Origin: an uncultured Bacilli bacterium
Lineage (GTDB): Bacteria > Bacillota_I > Bacilli_A > RF39 > UBA660
Direction: 5' to 3'
Assembly (NCBI GenBank): GCA_944363635.1
Contig: CALVUP010000002.1
Span: 21,974-85,973 of the forward strand
Length of the DNA: 64,000 nucleotides
Part shown: positions 1 to 7,426 of the stretch, piece by piece
Position numbering within the stretch: position 1 is the first letter of the stretch
Layout of the letters: every line of letters begins with the position of its first letter
Notes under the pieces: model-generated
What the model saw: only the letters and a program-made list of their open reading frames with translations
What the model was told of the DNA's origin: nothing
Databases searched by the model: none
Made by a program: the position numbers and the translations under genes

Positions 1-466
1 TCTCTAATTCTTCTTTGGAAAATTTTCCTAGCACATAATCTTTAGTATCTATTGCTTTATTATTAGAAATACCTATTTTTAACCTTTTATATTGATTGGT
101 TTGTAAATAATGTTCAATATTTTTTAAACCATTGTGTCCTCCGGAAGACCCTTTTTTCTTCAATTTAAAATTGCCAAAAAACAAATCCAAATCATCACTA
201 ATAATTAAAATATCTTCAATAGCAATTTTAAAATAATGAACAAAAGCTAAAACAACCTCTCCAGAGAGATTCATAAATGATTGTGGTTTTAAGAAAAGAA
301 CATCAACTCCATCTATATTTTGTTTTGTATATAACCCATTAAATTTTTTCTTATCAATAGTAAAACCTTTGCTGGCACAATAACGATCTAAAAACATAAA
401 ACCAATATTATGACGCGTATTTTCATATTCTTTTCCAGGATTACCCAATCCAACAATTAATTTCAT
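1..466 (-). CDS. pth: peptidyl-tRNA hydrolase (C-terminus cut by window edge)
   Basis: Manual minus-strand translation gives MKLIVGLGNPGKEYENTRHNIGF..., the Pth signature. ATG at 464-466 with AAGGAAG RBS overlapping the rsmI stop. Missing from the ORF track because it runs off the window. Confidence 0.8.
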   Translation of the reverse strand, partial: MKLIVGLGNPGKEYENTRHNIGFMFLDRYCASKGFTIDKKKFNGLYTKQNIDGVDVLFLKPQSFMNLSGEVVLAFVHYFKIAIEDILIISDDLDLFFGNFKLKKKGSSGGHNGLKNIEHYLQTNQYKRLKIGISNNKAIDTKDYVLGKFSKEELE

Positions 467-470
467 TTAA

Positions 471-1319
471 TCACTTCCTTGTATGATAAGCTTTATAGAT
501 TTCTGCCTTAGGGAGCTTTCTATCTTTTGCTACCTTTTTAATAGCATCCATTTCGCTCAAACCATCTCTTAAATATATTTGTACATGGGAAAAAAGATCT
601 AAATCAGAAAAATCTTTTAAATCAGAAGCTCCTTCGACAACAAGAACAAATTCTCCCTTAATAACATCGAGTTCCTTTAGCACCTCTGATATTTTACCAC
701 GATATATCTCTTCATACAACTTAGAAATTTCACGACTGACACTTATTTTTCGATCTCCAAAAATTCGTAAGATATCTTGTAGAGTTTTTTGAATACGATG
801 CACAGCCTCATAAAATATAATTGTATATTGCACATTTTTCAAACTTTCTAATTCTTCTTTTCTTTTAGCAGCCTTGGCATTTAAAAAACCATAAAACAGA
901 AAAGAAGAAGGATCAATCCCTGAAGATGTTAAAGCCGGAACAAAAGCCGTTGGTCCCGGAAGAGAAATAACAGGTATTCCATTTTCAATTAAATAACGAA
1001 CAATTTTATAACCAGGATCACTAATAATTGGTGTACCTCGATCTGTAACTAAGCCAATATTTTTACCAGACTTTACATCCAACAAAATCTTTTCCTTTAT
1101 ATTCTCTTCATTATGTTCATGACAACTAACTAATTTTTTCGAAATATGCAAATGTTTTAATAACTGAGCCGTGACTCTAGTATCTTCCGATAATATATAA
1201 TCAACATTTTCTAAAGTATGAATTGCTCTTAATGTAATATCTTCCATATTCCCTATGGGCGTTGGAATTAAATAAAGACTAGGTGTCTCACTATAACTTT
1301 TTTGAATCATCTTTACCAT
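471..1319 (-). CDS. rsmI: 16S rRNA (cytidine1402-2'-O)-methyltransferase RsmI
   Basis: ORF contains LYLIPTPIGNMEDIT and a tetrapyrrole-methylase fold typical of RsmI/YabC. The ORF-track N-terminus is probably over-extended; likely start at M19 or M22. Confidence 0.75.
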   Translation of the reverse strand: MVKMIQKSYSETPSLYLIPTPIGNMEDITLRAIHTLENVDYILSEDTRVTAQLLKHLHISKKLVSCHEHNEENIKEKILLDVKSGKNIGLVTDRGTPIISDPGYKIVRYLIENGIPVISLPGPTAFVPALTSSGIDPSSFLFYGFLNAKAAKRKEELESLKNVQYTIIFYEAVHRIQKTLQDILRIFGDRKISVSREISKLYEEIYRGKISEVLKELDVIKGEFVLVVEGASDLKDFSDLDLFSHVQIYLRDGLSEMDAIKKVAKDRKLPKAEIYKAYHTRK

Positions 1320-2049
1320 CTCCAAGCATATTAATAATTTCTTTTGTGTACTCGCCAAAGTCATCATAAACAATCAAAGGCGGATCAATCTTACACTCCT
1401 TGCCTCCATTTAAACGTGCTTCAATTAAAAACAGTTTAGACTGTTTATGACGATTTGAATATATGATTTGAATTGTTTTTGGCTCTAACCGATGCAAGCT
1501 TAGTTTTGAAAGCAATTCCACGATACGTTCTGTTCTATAGATTAAAAAAAGTTTGCCTTTATCTTTTAATAGATACCTAGATATATGAATAATATCATCA
1601 AGAGTTAACATTAATTCATGTCTAGCAATTGACTTACTGACTCTTTTTGAAAGTAAATTTTTCTCTTCCATATTAAAATAAGGTGGATTACAAATGACCG
1701 CATCAAAGCTATCCGGAGCGTATCGATCTTTTAAATGGCGCACATCATCTTGAATAAGTTCAATTCTATCTTCTAAATGATTATACTTGATAGTCGAAGT
1801 AGCTAAATCACATACTTCCTTTTGTATCTCTACAGCGGTAACTTTTTGATGCAAGCGTGTTTGTAAATATAAAGGAATCGGAATCGTTCCAGTAGCTAAA
1901 TCTATTATATTTCCCCTTTTATAATGTTTAACAACAAAATCGGCTAATAAAATAGAATCTAACGTATATTTAAATCGTTCATTATCTTGGTAAATCATAA
2001 ACTTGTCAAAATTTAAAAATTGTTCGAATTGAACCATTTTAAACATCAA
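1291..2049 (-). CDS. SAM-dependent tRNA (adenine37-N6)-methyltransferase, YabB/TrmN6 family
   Basis: NPPY motif and methyltransferase fold. Sits in the yabB position between ricT and rsmI as in B. subtilis. Confidence 0.6.
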   Translation of the reverse strand: MMFKMVQFEQFLNFDKFMIYQDNERFKYTLDSILLADFVVKHYKRGNIIDLATGTIPIPLYLQTRLHQKVTAVEIQKEVCDLATSTIKYNHLEDRIELIQDDVRHLKDRYAPDSFDAVICNPPYFNMEEKNLLSKRVSKSIARHELMLTLDDIIHISRYLLKDKGKLFLIYRTERIVELLSKLSLHRLEPKTIQIIYSNRHKQSKLFLIEARLNGGKECKIDPPLIVYDDFGEYTKEIINMLGDGKDDSKKL

Positions 2050-2818
2050 TTCTTTCTATAATTTTATCGTCTGTTTCAACTAAAAAGTATTTTTTGAATA
2101 AATTAATTTCTACAACTTCACCAAGACCATTTTCTGTTTTATATTTAGAACCAATTTCTGGCATCATCTTTTTTAATTCCGTATAAATTTCATCTTCATA
2201 ATTTAAGCAACACAACAAACGACCACACACACCATTAATTTTTGTAGGACTTAAAGACAAATATTGATTTTTAGCCATATTAATGGATACACTTTCAAAA
2301 TCACTTAAGAAAGTAGCACAACATAACATTCTACCACAAGGGCCTAAACCTCCTAGTTGTTTGGCTTTATCACGAACCCCAATTTGTCTTAATTCAATTC
2401 GAGTTTTATAGACTTGAGCTAATTTTTTAGCTAATTCACGAAAGTCAATTCGATCATCTGCTGTATATCGAATAAATAATTGATTTTTATCAAAAGTGAA
2501 ATGTGCATCTACAAAGTTCATATTTAAATTTAATTTGGCAGCAATGGATTTGGCTTTTTTGATTACATTTAAACTTTCTTTTCTTGTTCTAGTGTATTTC
2601 TCTTTATCTTCCTTATTTGCAATACGAAGTACTTTTTTTAATGGAAAAATTAAGTTTTCTTTTGTTTCTGTTTTTGGAGATACAACAACTTTTCCATATC
2701 CCAACCCATTATCTAATTCTACAATTACAAATTGGTTTTTCCTTAATTGAAAATTATTAATATCAAAATAGTAAATTTTATTACTTCCATCTAAAGAAAC
2801 ACCTACAACAGTATACAT
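2039..2818 (-). CDS. ricT: PSP1-domain protein RicT/YaaT
   Basis: PSP1 C-terminal Cys-rich motif GLGPCGRMLCCATFL. ATG at 2816-2818 overlaps the holB stop (ATGA); the track start at 2821 is a TTG one codon upstream. Confidence 0.7.
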   Translation of the reverse strand: MYTVVGVSLDGSNKIYYFDINNFQLRKNQFVIVELDNGLGYGKVVVSPKTETKENLIFPLKKVLRIANKEDKEKYTRTRKESLNVIKKAKSIAAKLNLNMNFVDAHFTFDKNQLFIRYTADDRIDFRELAKKLAQVYKTRIELRQIGVRDKAKQLGGLGPCGRMLCCATFLSDFESVSINMAKNQYLSLSPTKINGVCGRLLCCLNYEDEIYTELKKMMPEIGSKYKTENGLGEVVEINLFKKYFLVETDDKIIERIDV

Positions 2819-3639
2819 CAAATCACCTCACTCATTGCTAAAACAAACTGATCAAATAATAATTTTATATTTACATTATAACGTAATTTTTTTAAACAAT
2901 CATCGATTATAATTATTTTTTTAGAAATTTTTTTCAGAGTTGACTGTCTAGAATTTTCTATCGCACTACGATTTTCGTTAAATAAATAAATATAATAGCT
3001 TTCCAATTCCTTTAATTTTTCTATTAAAGATTCTTTATCAAGAAAATACCAATTTGTATCTATATAACCTAAAGCGTTTTCGCCGTAATGGTCAATAGTA
3101 GAAGCTAAATCAATCACTTCTTGGCTAAAACTTTTTTTACAAACGGTATGAGAAAGCACAAGACATTGACACCTAGAAGAAATCGTACGAATTACATTAT
3201 ATATATTATTGGTTAATAAAATAGCTATTATATTCTCAGGGGGTTCTTCTAAAAACTTTAAAATTGTATTTGCTGAGGATTTATTTAAAAACTCGGCACC
3301 ATCAATAATATACACCAAATATTTTCCATAGATTGGTTTAATACTGAATTCCTTTTGTAAATCCAAGAGTTGTTCTTTTCGAATGATACGATTTATAGGT
3401 TCAATAATTTTTAATTCCGGATAACTATAATTAGATACCAATCGATCAATGTCTAATTCAGACTCATATTTATTTTGATCTAAAATTTTTTTTACGAATT
3501 CTAAAATCACATCACGATAATTTTCTATATTTCTACACTCAACTAAAAAAGCATGAGAAAGCTTGTCCTCACTTATTCGTTTATTCATATATTTTGCAAA
3601 TTCCGGATAATCCTTATCATACTTATTAAACATAAACAC
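2818..3639 (-). CDS. holB: DNA polymerase III delta-prime subunit
   Basis: AAA+ clamp-loader-like sequence (LSHAFLV..., IIDGAEFL...). In the holB position upstream of ricT. Confidence 0.65.
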   Translation of the reverse strand: MFMFNKYDKDYPEFAKYMNKRISEDKLSHAFLVECRNIENYRDVILEFVKKILDQNKYESELDIDRLVSNYSYPELKIIEPINRIIRKEQLLDLQKEFSIKPIYGKYLVYIIDGAEFLNKSSANTILKFLEEPPENIIAILLTNNIYNVIRTISSRCQCLVLSHTVCKKSFSQEVIDLASTIDHYGENALGYIDTNWYFLDKESLIEKLKELESYYIYLFNENRSAIENSRQSTLKKISKKIIIIDDCLKKLRYNVNIKLLFDQFVLAMSEVI

Positions 3640-3640
3640 C

Positions 3641-3829
3641 TCAATACACTACTAGTAATAACATAATAAGAGCGAACAAAGCTGGTGCTCCAAGCAAACT
3701 AACCAAAGCGATCGTAATAATATTTATTGGTATTGCCATATTAAAAGATGTTGCAATTAAATTATAACCATATAAAATAACAAAACCAAATACAATTCTT
3801 TTTAATACATTTAATATTCCATTTTTCAT
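3641..3829 (-). CDS. bofA: BofA-family small membrane protein (pro-sigma-K processing inhibitor-like)
   Basis: 62 aa, two TM segments, PIN..T.A....LG.P..AL pattern matching B. subtilis BofA. Lies downstream of recR as bofA does in B. subtilis. Confidence 0.45.
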   Translation of the reverse strand: MKNGILNVLKRIVFGFVILYGYNLIATSFNMAIPINIITIALVSLLGAPALFALIMLLLVVY

Positions 3830-3866
3830 GCTATCACCAATTTAATTTATGATAGCCTTATATTTT

Positions 3867-4463
3867 TTATTCCATCTTTATTCGATCCTGTAAAGCTCTT
3901 TCTAATGTCATTATATCAATATATTCCATGTCAGCTCCAATTGGAACCCCACTTGCTATTCTTGAAATAACAATATCTAAACCTTCTAAAACACTTTTAA
4001 TATATAAAGCAGTAGTTTCCCCCTCTATACTTGGTTTGACAGCAATAATAATTTCTTTAAATTTTTCTTTTTTTATTCTTTCCATTAATTTATCCAAACC
4101 AATATCTTCTGGATTAATTCCGTCTAGTGGAGAAATCAAACCATTTAAAACATGATACTTTCCGTGAAACAAACCCGTTTTTTCTAGAATAAAAACATTT
4201 TTAGGATCTTCTACAATACATAAAATTCCATTATTTCTATCCTTACTAGCACATATATCACATATTTCATTTTCTGTTAATGAATTACAAATTGAACACT
4301 TTTTAATATTATGCTTAGCTTTTTTTAATTCTTCCGAAAAAAACTCTACATTTTCTTCTTCTAAATCTAAAACCGAAAAAGCCAATCGTTCTGCTGTTTT
4401 CTCACCTATACCAGGTAGCAGTTTGAAAGATTCGATTAAATTTTTTAGACTTTGTGGATACAT
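3867..4463 (-). CDS. recR: recombination protein RecR
   Basis: C4 zinc finger CSICNSLTENEICDIC, Toprim domain, 198 aa. Confidence 0.9.
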   Translation of the reverse strand: MYPQSLKNLIESFKLLPGIGEKTAERLAFSVLDLEEENVEFFSEELKKAKHNIKKCSICNSLTENEICDICASKDRNNGILCIVEDPKNVFILEKTGLFHGKYHVLNGLISPLDGINPEDIGLDKLMERIKKEKFKEIIIAVKPSIEGETTALYIKSVLEGLDIVISRIASGVPIGADMEYIDIMTLERALQDRIKME

Positions 4464-4760
4464 TTAAAACAAACCAGGCATCATATTACCATATTTTGCC
4501 ATTTTTTGTTCTGTGTAATCATCAACCTTTTTAAATGCTTGATTTATTGCTACAACGATCATATCTTGTAACATTTCTATATCTTCTTTTTCTATAGAAG
4601 CACCATCAATTTTAATATTTAACACTTCTTTTTTTCCATTAACTACTACTTTAACAATTGAACTTTCGCCTTCAAAAGTCGTAGAATCAATTTCTTCCTT
4701 CGTTTTTAACATATCTTTTTGTAAATTTTGCGCTTGCTTCATTAACGCTTGCATATTCAT
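4464..4760 (-). CDS. ebfC: YbaB/EbfC nucleoid-associated protein
   Basis: 98 aa; conserved dnaX-ybaB-recR synteny. Confidence 0.8.
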   Translation of the reverse strand: MNMQALMKQAQNLQKDMLKTKEEIDSTTFEGESSIVKVVVNGKKEVLNIKIDGASIEKEDIEMLQDMIVVAINQAFKKVDDYTEQKMAKYGNMMPGLF

Positions 4761-4773
4761 ATTTTATTCCTCC

Positions 4774-6426
4774 TTATTTTACTTCAATTATATCATTTCC
4801 AAATAATAAACTAGCCTCTTGAACTTCCTCATCCTGCGAAGAAATCTCATTAGACTCATTTATTTCTTGTTTTTCCAATTCCTTAATCTCATATTTTATA
4901 TTATTTTTTATATTATTTATATAATGTATTTTTTCTTGTTCCCACTTTTCATCCGTTAACAATGAGATAGAATAATTTTCTCCTAAGATTTGTTTTAAAA
5001 CATGAACCAGAGAATCATACATTTCTATACCTCGATCAACCATGGAATCATATTCATAGCTTAAAATTAAATTGTTTTTTCCACAAGCACGAATATGACC
5101 ATCCACTAAATAACAAGCAATCGCACCAAAGTTTTTATCTAATAGATAATCATTTAATTTTTCCCACTCTTGTTTAAGTTGAATAAGATCATTTTTATTG
5201 GCTAAAGCAAATGTATTATTCATTATAATTTCATTGTTTTTTAAATTTATTTTTTTTCTCTGATCATCTAGAGATTGATTCTCCTCTTCTGAAGAAGATT
5301 GATTTTCTTCTAAATGTTCTTCTTTCTTATCTATAACATCAGAAGTTTTTGATACCTCTGTTTTAATCGAATTCGATTTTGAAACAGTGTCATTCCCTAA
5401 ATTTTCTTTATCAACCAAACAAATAATTCCTGCTTCAAATAAAGCTTTAATGTTATCTGTATTTTTTAAACGATTACATAAATCATTTAATTCAAAAATT
5501 AAATTACAATATTCACAAAAACCATTAGATGAATTATAATATTGCCTTATTTTCTGTCGTACATATTCAATTAACTCGTTCGTAAATAATATATAATCCT
5601 TTCCTGTGTCATACAACTCTGTAGAAATCGCAAGTATTTCATTTAGATTTCCATTTACTAGTGATGTAAAGAAGCGTTCCAATACTATAGAATCGACAAA
5701 TCCAAAAGTATTATTAAAGTCATTCATATGAATTTCTTTTTCTGAAGAAGCTGCAATTAATTTTTCTAAATTACCTATAGCATCTCTTAAACCACCATTG
5801 GAAATTTCTGAAATTTTAAGCAAAACATCATCATCTATATTTATTTTTTCTTCATCAGCAATAAATTTTAATCGATTTTTTATATCAACCACCGAAATAC
5901 TTTCAAAGTTTATACATTGACATCTAGATAAAATTGTGGATGGAACTTTTTGAATATCTGTAGTCGCTAAAATAAAAATAATATGTTCAGGAGGTTCCTC
6001 TAATGTTTTTAATAAAGCATTAAAAGCTCCAATAGTAAGCATATGTACTTCATCAATGATATAAATTTTATATTTTAATGAGGAACAAGAAAGAGATACA
6101 CTATTTCGAATTTCCCTAACCTCATCTACTCCATTATTAGATGCAGCATCAATTTCTATAATATCAACACTCTCATTTGAATTTATTTCTATACAATTTC
6201 TACAATGTTCACAAGCAACTCCATTTATAGGATTTAAACAATTAACACTTTTAGCAAGTATTTTCGCCATAGTTGTTTTTCCTGTTCCACGTGGACCCGA
6301 AAACAAATAAGCATGATTTATTTTTTTATTATTTAAAGAATTTTTGATAATTCGTACCGCGATTTTTTGACCTACAACATCATCAATTGTTTTAGGTCTA
6401 TACTTTCTATATAGTGATTGATACAT
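4774..6426 (-). CDS. dnaX: DNA polymerase III tau/gamma subunit
   Basis: Walker A GPRGTGKTT, zinc module C..C..C..C, AAA+ clamp loader. Start taken at M3 (MYQSLYRKYRP) with GGGGGAA RBS 5 nt upstream. Confidence 0.9.
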   Translation of the reverse strand: MYQSLYRKYRPKTIDDVVGQKIAVRIIKNSLNNKKINHAYLFSGPRGTGKTTMAKILAKSVNCLNPINGVACEHCRNCIEINSNESVDIIEIDAASNNGVDEVREIRNSVSLSCSSLKYKIYIIDEVHMLTIGAFNALLKTLEEPPEHIIFILATTDIQKVPSTILSRCQCINFESISVVDIKNRLKFIADEEKINIDDDVLLKISEISNGGLRDAIGNLEKLIAASSEKEIHMNDFNNTFGFVDSIVLERFFTSLVNGNLNEILAISTELYDTGKDYILFTNELIEYVRQKIRQYYNSSNGFCEYCNLIFELNDLCNRLKNTDNIKALFEAGIICLVDKENLGNDTVSKSNSIKTEVSKTSDVIDKKEEHLEENQSSSEEENQSLDDQRKKINLKNNEIIMNNTFALANKNDLIQLKQEWEKLNDYLLDKNFGAIACYLVDGHIRACGKNNLILSYEYDSMVDRGIEMYDSLVHVLKQILGENYSISLLTDEKWEQEKIHYINNIKNNIKYEIKELEKQEINESNEISSQDEEVQEASLLFGNDIIEVK

Positions 6427-6507
6427 ATGCATTCCCCCGTAAATAATATACTATTATTATAGCATTTATTGGATAAACTGTAAATCCAATTACGATTAAG
6501 TTTTTTT

Positions 6508-6521
6508 ATTTCCCGGGAAAT
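6508..6521. promoter_or_regulatory. Noc-binding-site-like palindrome ATTTCCCGGGAAAT (extended TTATTTCCCGGGAAATAA, 6506-6523)
   Basis: Perfect 14-bp match to the B. subtilis NBS consensus, abutting the tadA stop codon ~80 bp upstream of dnaX. Confidence 0.6.
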
Positions 6522-6524
6522 AAT

Positions 6525-6956
6525 TCATCTTTTTTCTTTAAAAAAGTTAGTTAACAAAATAGCGCATTCTTGAACTCGAACATTTTTTCGTATTTTTGTG
6601 TTTTTAAATATTTGATCAATGATTTTTAGATTCTTTTTTTCTGGTCTTGAAGCCCCATAAAACACGCAATCTATTCGAGATTGTTCTATGGCACTGGCAC
6701 ACATTGGACATGGTTCTAAGGTGGTGTAAATAGTACATCCATTTAATCGCCAATCTTTCTTTTTTCTACATGCCTTTTTAATAGCAATAATTTCAGCATG
6801 TGCATACACTAATTTATTTTTTTCTTTTTGATTATATCCTTTTCCTATGATTTTTCCATCAGAATCAACCACAATTGCTCCTACTGGAACTTCTTTTTTC
6901 TTATAAGCTTTTTTCGCTTCCAAAATTGCGAAATGCATATAATATTTATCATTCAT
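6525..6956 (-). CDS. tadA: tRNA-specific adenosine deaminase
   Basis: CDA zinc motifs HAEIIAI and PCPMC. Start placed at M5 because the ORF-track N-terminal codons overlap the ffs terminator. Confidence 0.85.
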   Translation of the reverse strand: MNDKYYMHFAILEAKKAYKKKEVPVGAIVVDSDGKIIGKGYNQKEKNKLVYAHAEIIAIKKACRKKKDWRLNGCTIYTTLEPCPMCASAIEQSRIDCVFYGASRPEKKNLKIIDQIFKNTKIRKNVRVQECAILLTNFFKEKR

Positions 6957-6968
6957 AAAATCACCCAT

Positions 6969-7050
6969 AAAAAATGACGCACATAAAAATGAATTATTAA
7001 GGCTGCTACTTTCCAGTCCTGACCTGATTCTAATTATTCTTATTGCGTCT
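6969..7050 (-). ncRNA. ffs: small SRP RNA (4.5S-type, ~80 nt)
   Basis: Minus-strand read 5'-GACGCA..AUCAGGUCAGGACUGGAAAGUAGCAGCC..UGCGUC-UUUUUU closely matches SRP RNA domain IV (E. coli CAGGUCAGGUCCGGAAGGAAGCAGCC) with a GGAA tetraloop. Closing helix GACGCA/UGCGUC, 3' U-tract, and a TTGAAA-17-TATTAT promoter placing the TSS at about 7050. Confidence 0.7.
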
Positions 7051-7055
7051 TAGTT

Positions 7056-7084
7056 ATAATAATATATTTCAGAATAATTTTCAA
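7056..7084 (-). promoter_or_regulatory. sigma-A type promoter of ffs (TTGAAA-17 nt-TATTAT)
   Basis: Reverse complement of 7056-7084 reads TTGAAA, 17-nt spacer, TATTAT, about 6 nt upstream of the GACGCA RNA 5' end. Confidence 0.55.
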
Positions 7085-7101
7085 GTTTTTTATTCGTTCA
7101 A

Positions 7102-7117
7102 TGTTTCACGTGAAACA
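7102..7117. promoter_or_regulatory. parS site 1 (TGTTTCACGTGAAACA)
   Basis: Perfect 16-bp match to the Spo0J/ParB parS consensus, inside a 26-bp perfect palindrome (7097-7122). Confidence 0.85.
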
Positions 7118-7170
7118 TTGAATATATTATCGAATAAACTTTACTTTTTTTTGTAAATGATTAAAAAATT

Positions 7171-7184
7171 ATTTCCCAGGAAAT
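7171..7184. promoter_or_regulatory. NBS-like site (ATTTCCCAGGAAAT, one mismatch)
   Basis: 13/14 match to ATTTCCCGGGAAAT, in repeat unit 1. Confidence 0.5.
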
Positions 7185-7217
7185 ATTTTAAATAAAACGA
7201 GTATTTATTACTAATAA

Positions 7218-7233
7218 TGTTTCACGTGAAACA
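7218..7233. promoter_or_regulatory. parS site 2 (TGTTTCACGTGAAACA)
   Basis: Perfect parS consensus in repeat unit 2. Confidence 0.85.
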
Positions 7234-7283
7234 TTGAATATATTATTAAATAAACTTTATTTTTTTATAAATGATTAAAAATT

Positions 7284-7297
7284 ATTTCCCAGGAAAT
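7284..7297. promoter_or_regulatory. NBS-like site (ATTTCCCAGGAAAT)
   Basis: 13/14 match to the NBS, in repeat unit 2. Confidence 0.5.
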
Positions 7298-7330
7298 ATT
7301 TTAAATAAAATGAATGTTTATTATTAATAA

Positions 7331-7346
7331 TGTTTCACGTGAAACA
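7331..7346. promoter_or_regulatory. parS site 3 (TGTTTCACGTGAAACA)
   Basis: Perfect parS consensus in repeat unit 3. Confidence 0.85.
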
Positions 7347-7398
7347 TTGAATATTTTTTTTTGAACATAGCCTATTTTGAATAAATATTCAAAATTTT

Positions 7399-7412
7399 AT
7401 TTCCCGGGAAAT
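7399..7412. promoter_or_regulatory. NBS site (ATTTCCCGGGAAAT; 22-bp perfect palindrome 7396-7417)
   Basis: Perfect NBS consensus 10 bp downstream of the gyrA stop. Confidence 0.6.
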
Positions 7413-7426
7413 AAAAAGAAGAAATT

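Larger units (their letters stand above)
7097..7417. repeat. Tandem array of three ~115-120-bp units, each holding a parS palindrome and an NBS palindrome
   Basis: Unit boundaries about 7097-7216, 7217-7328 and 7329-7417. The first two units are near-identical; the third has a diverged spacer. Confidence 0.85.

Noticed and set aside
2496-2750. Numerous 60-130-aa antisense ORFs from the track (e.g. 2496-2750, 3928-4155, 7821-8195, 8448-8651, 10042-10224, 10393-10593, 18267-18458, 19320-19574, 22157-22363, 24638-24820, 25203-25430, 26217-26414, 28994-29185, 33218-33568, 41268-41782, 47096-47471, 48340-48654, 53519-53704, 55137-55517, 61823-62527, 63608-63841)
   Set aside because: All lie inside, and antisense to or out of frame with, well-supported conserved genes. 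Their low-complexity, Leu/Ile/Phe/Ser-rich translations are typical of chance ORFs in AT-rich DNA.
6506-6523. TTATTTCCCGGGAAATAA palindromes as intrinsic terminators
   Set aside because: A perfect palindrome leaves no loop and the stem is almost all A-U. At 18633-18656 a conventional GC-containing hairpin plus T-run terminator sits immediately before the palindrome, so the palindrome is a separate element. The match to the Noc-binding consensus is a better explanation.
6433-6524. Expected the SRP RNA in the tadA-dnaX gap, by analogy with B. subtilis scr
   Set aside because: The 92-bp gap has no domain IV motif on either strand. The SRP RNA signature was found instead at 6969-7050 upstream of tadA.
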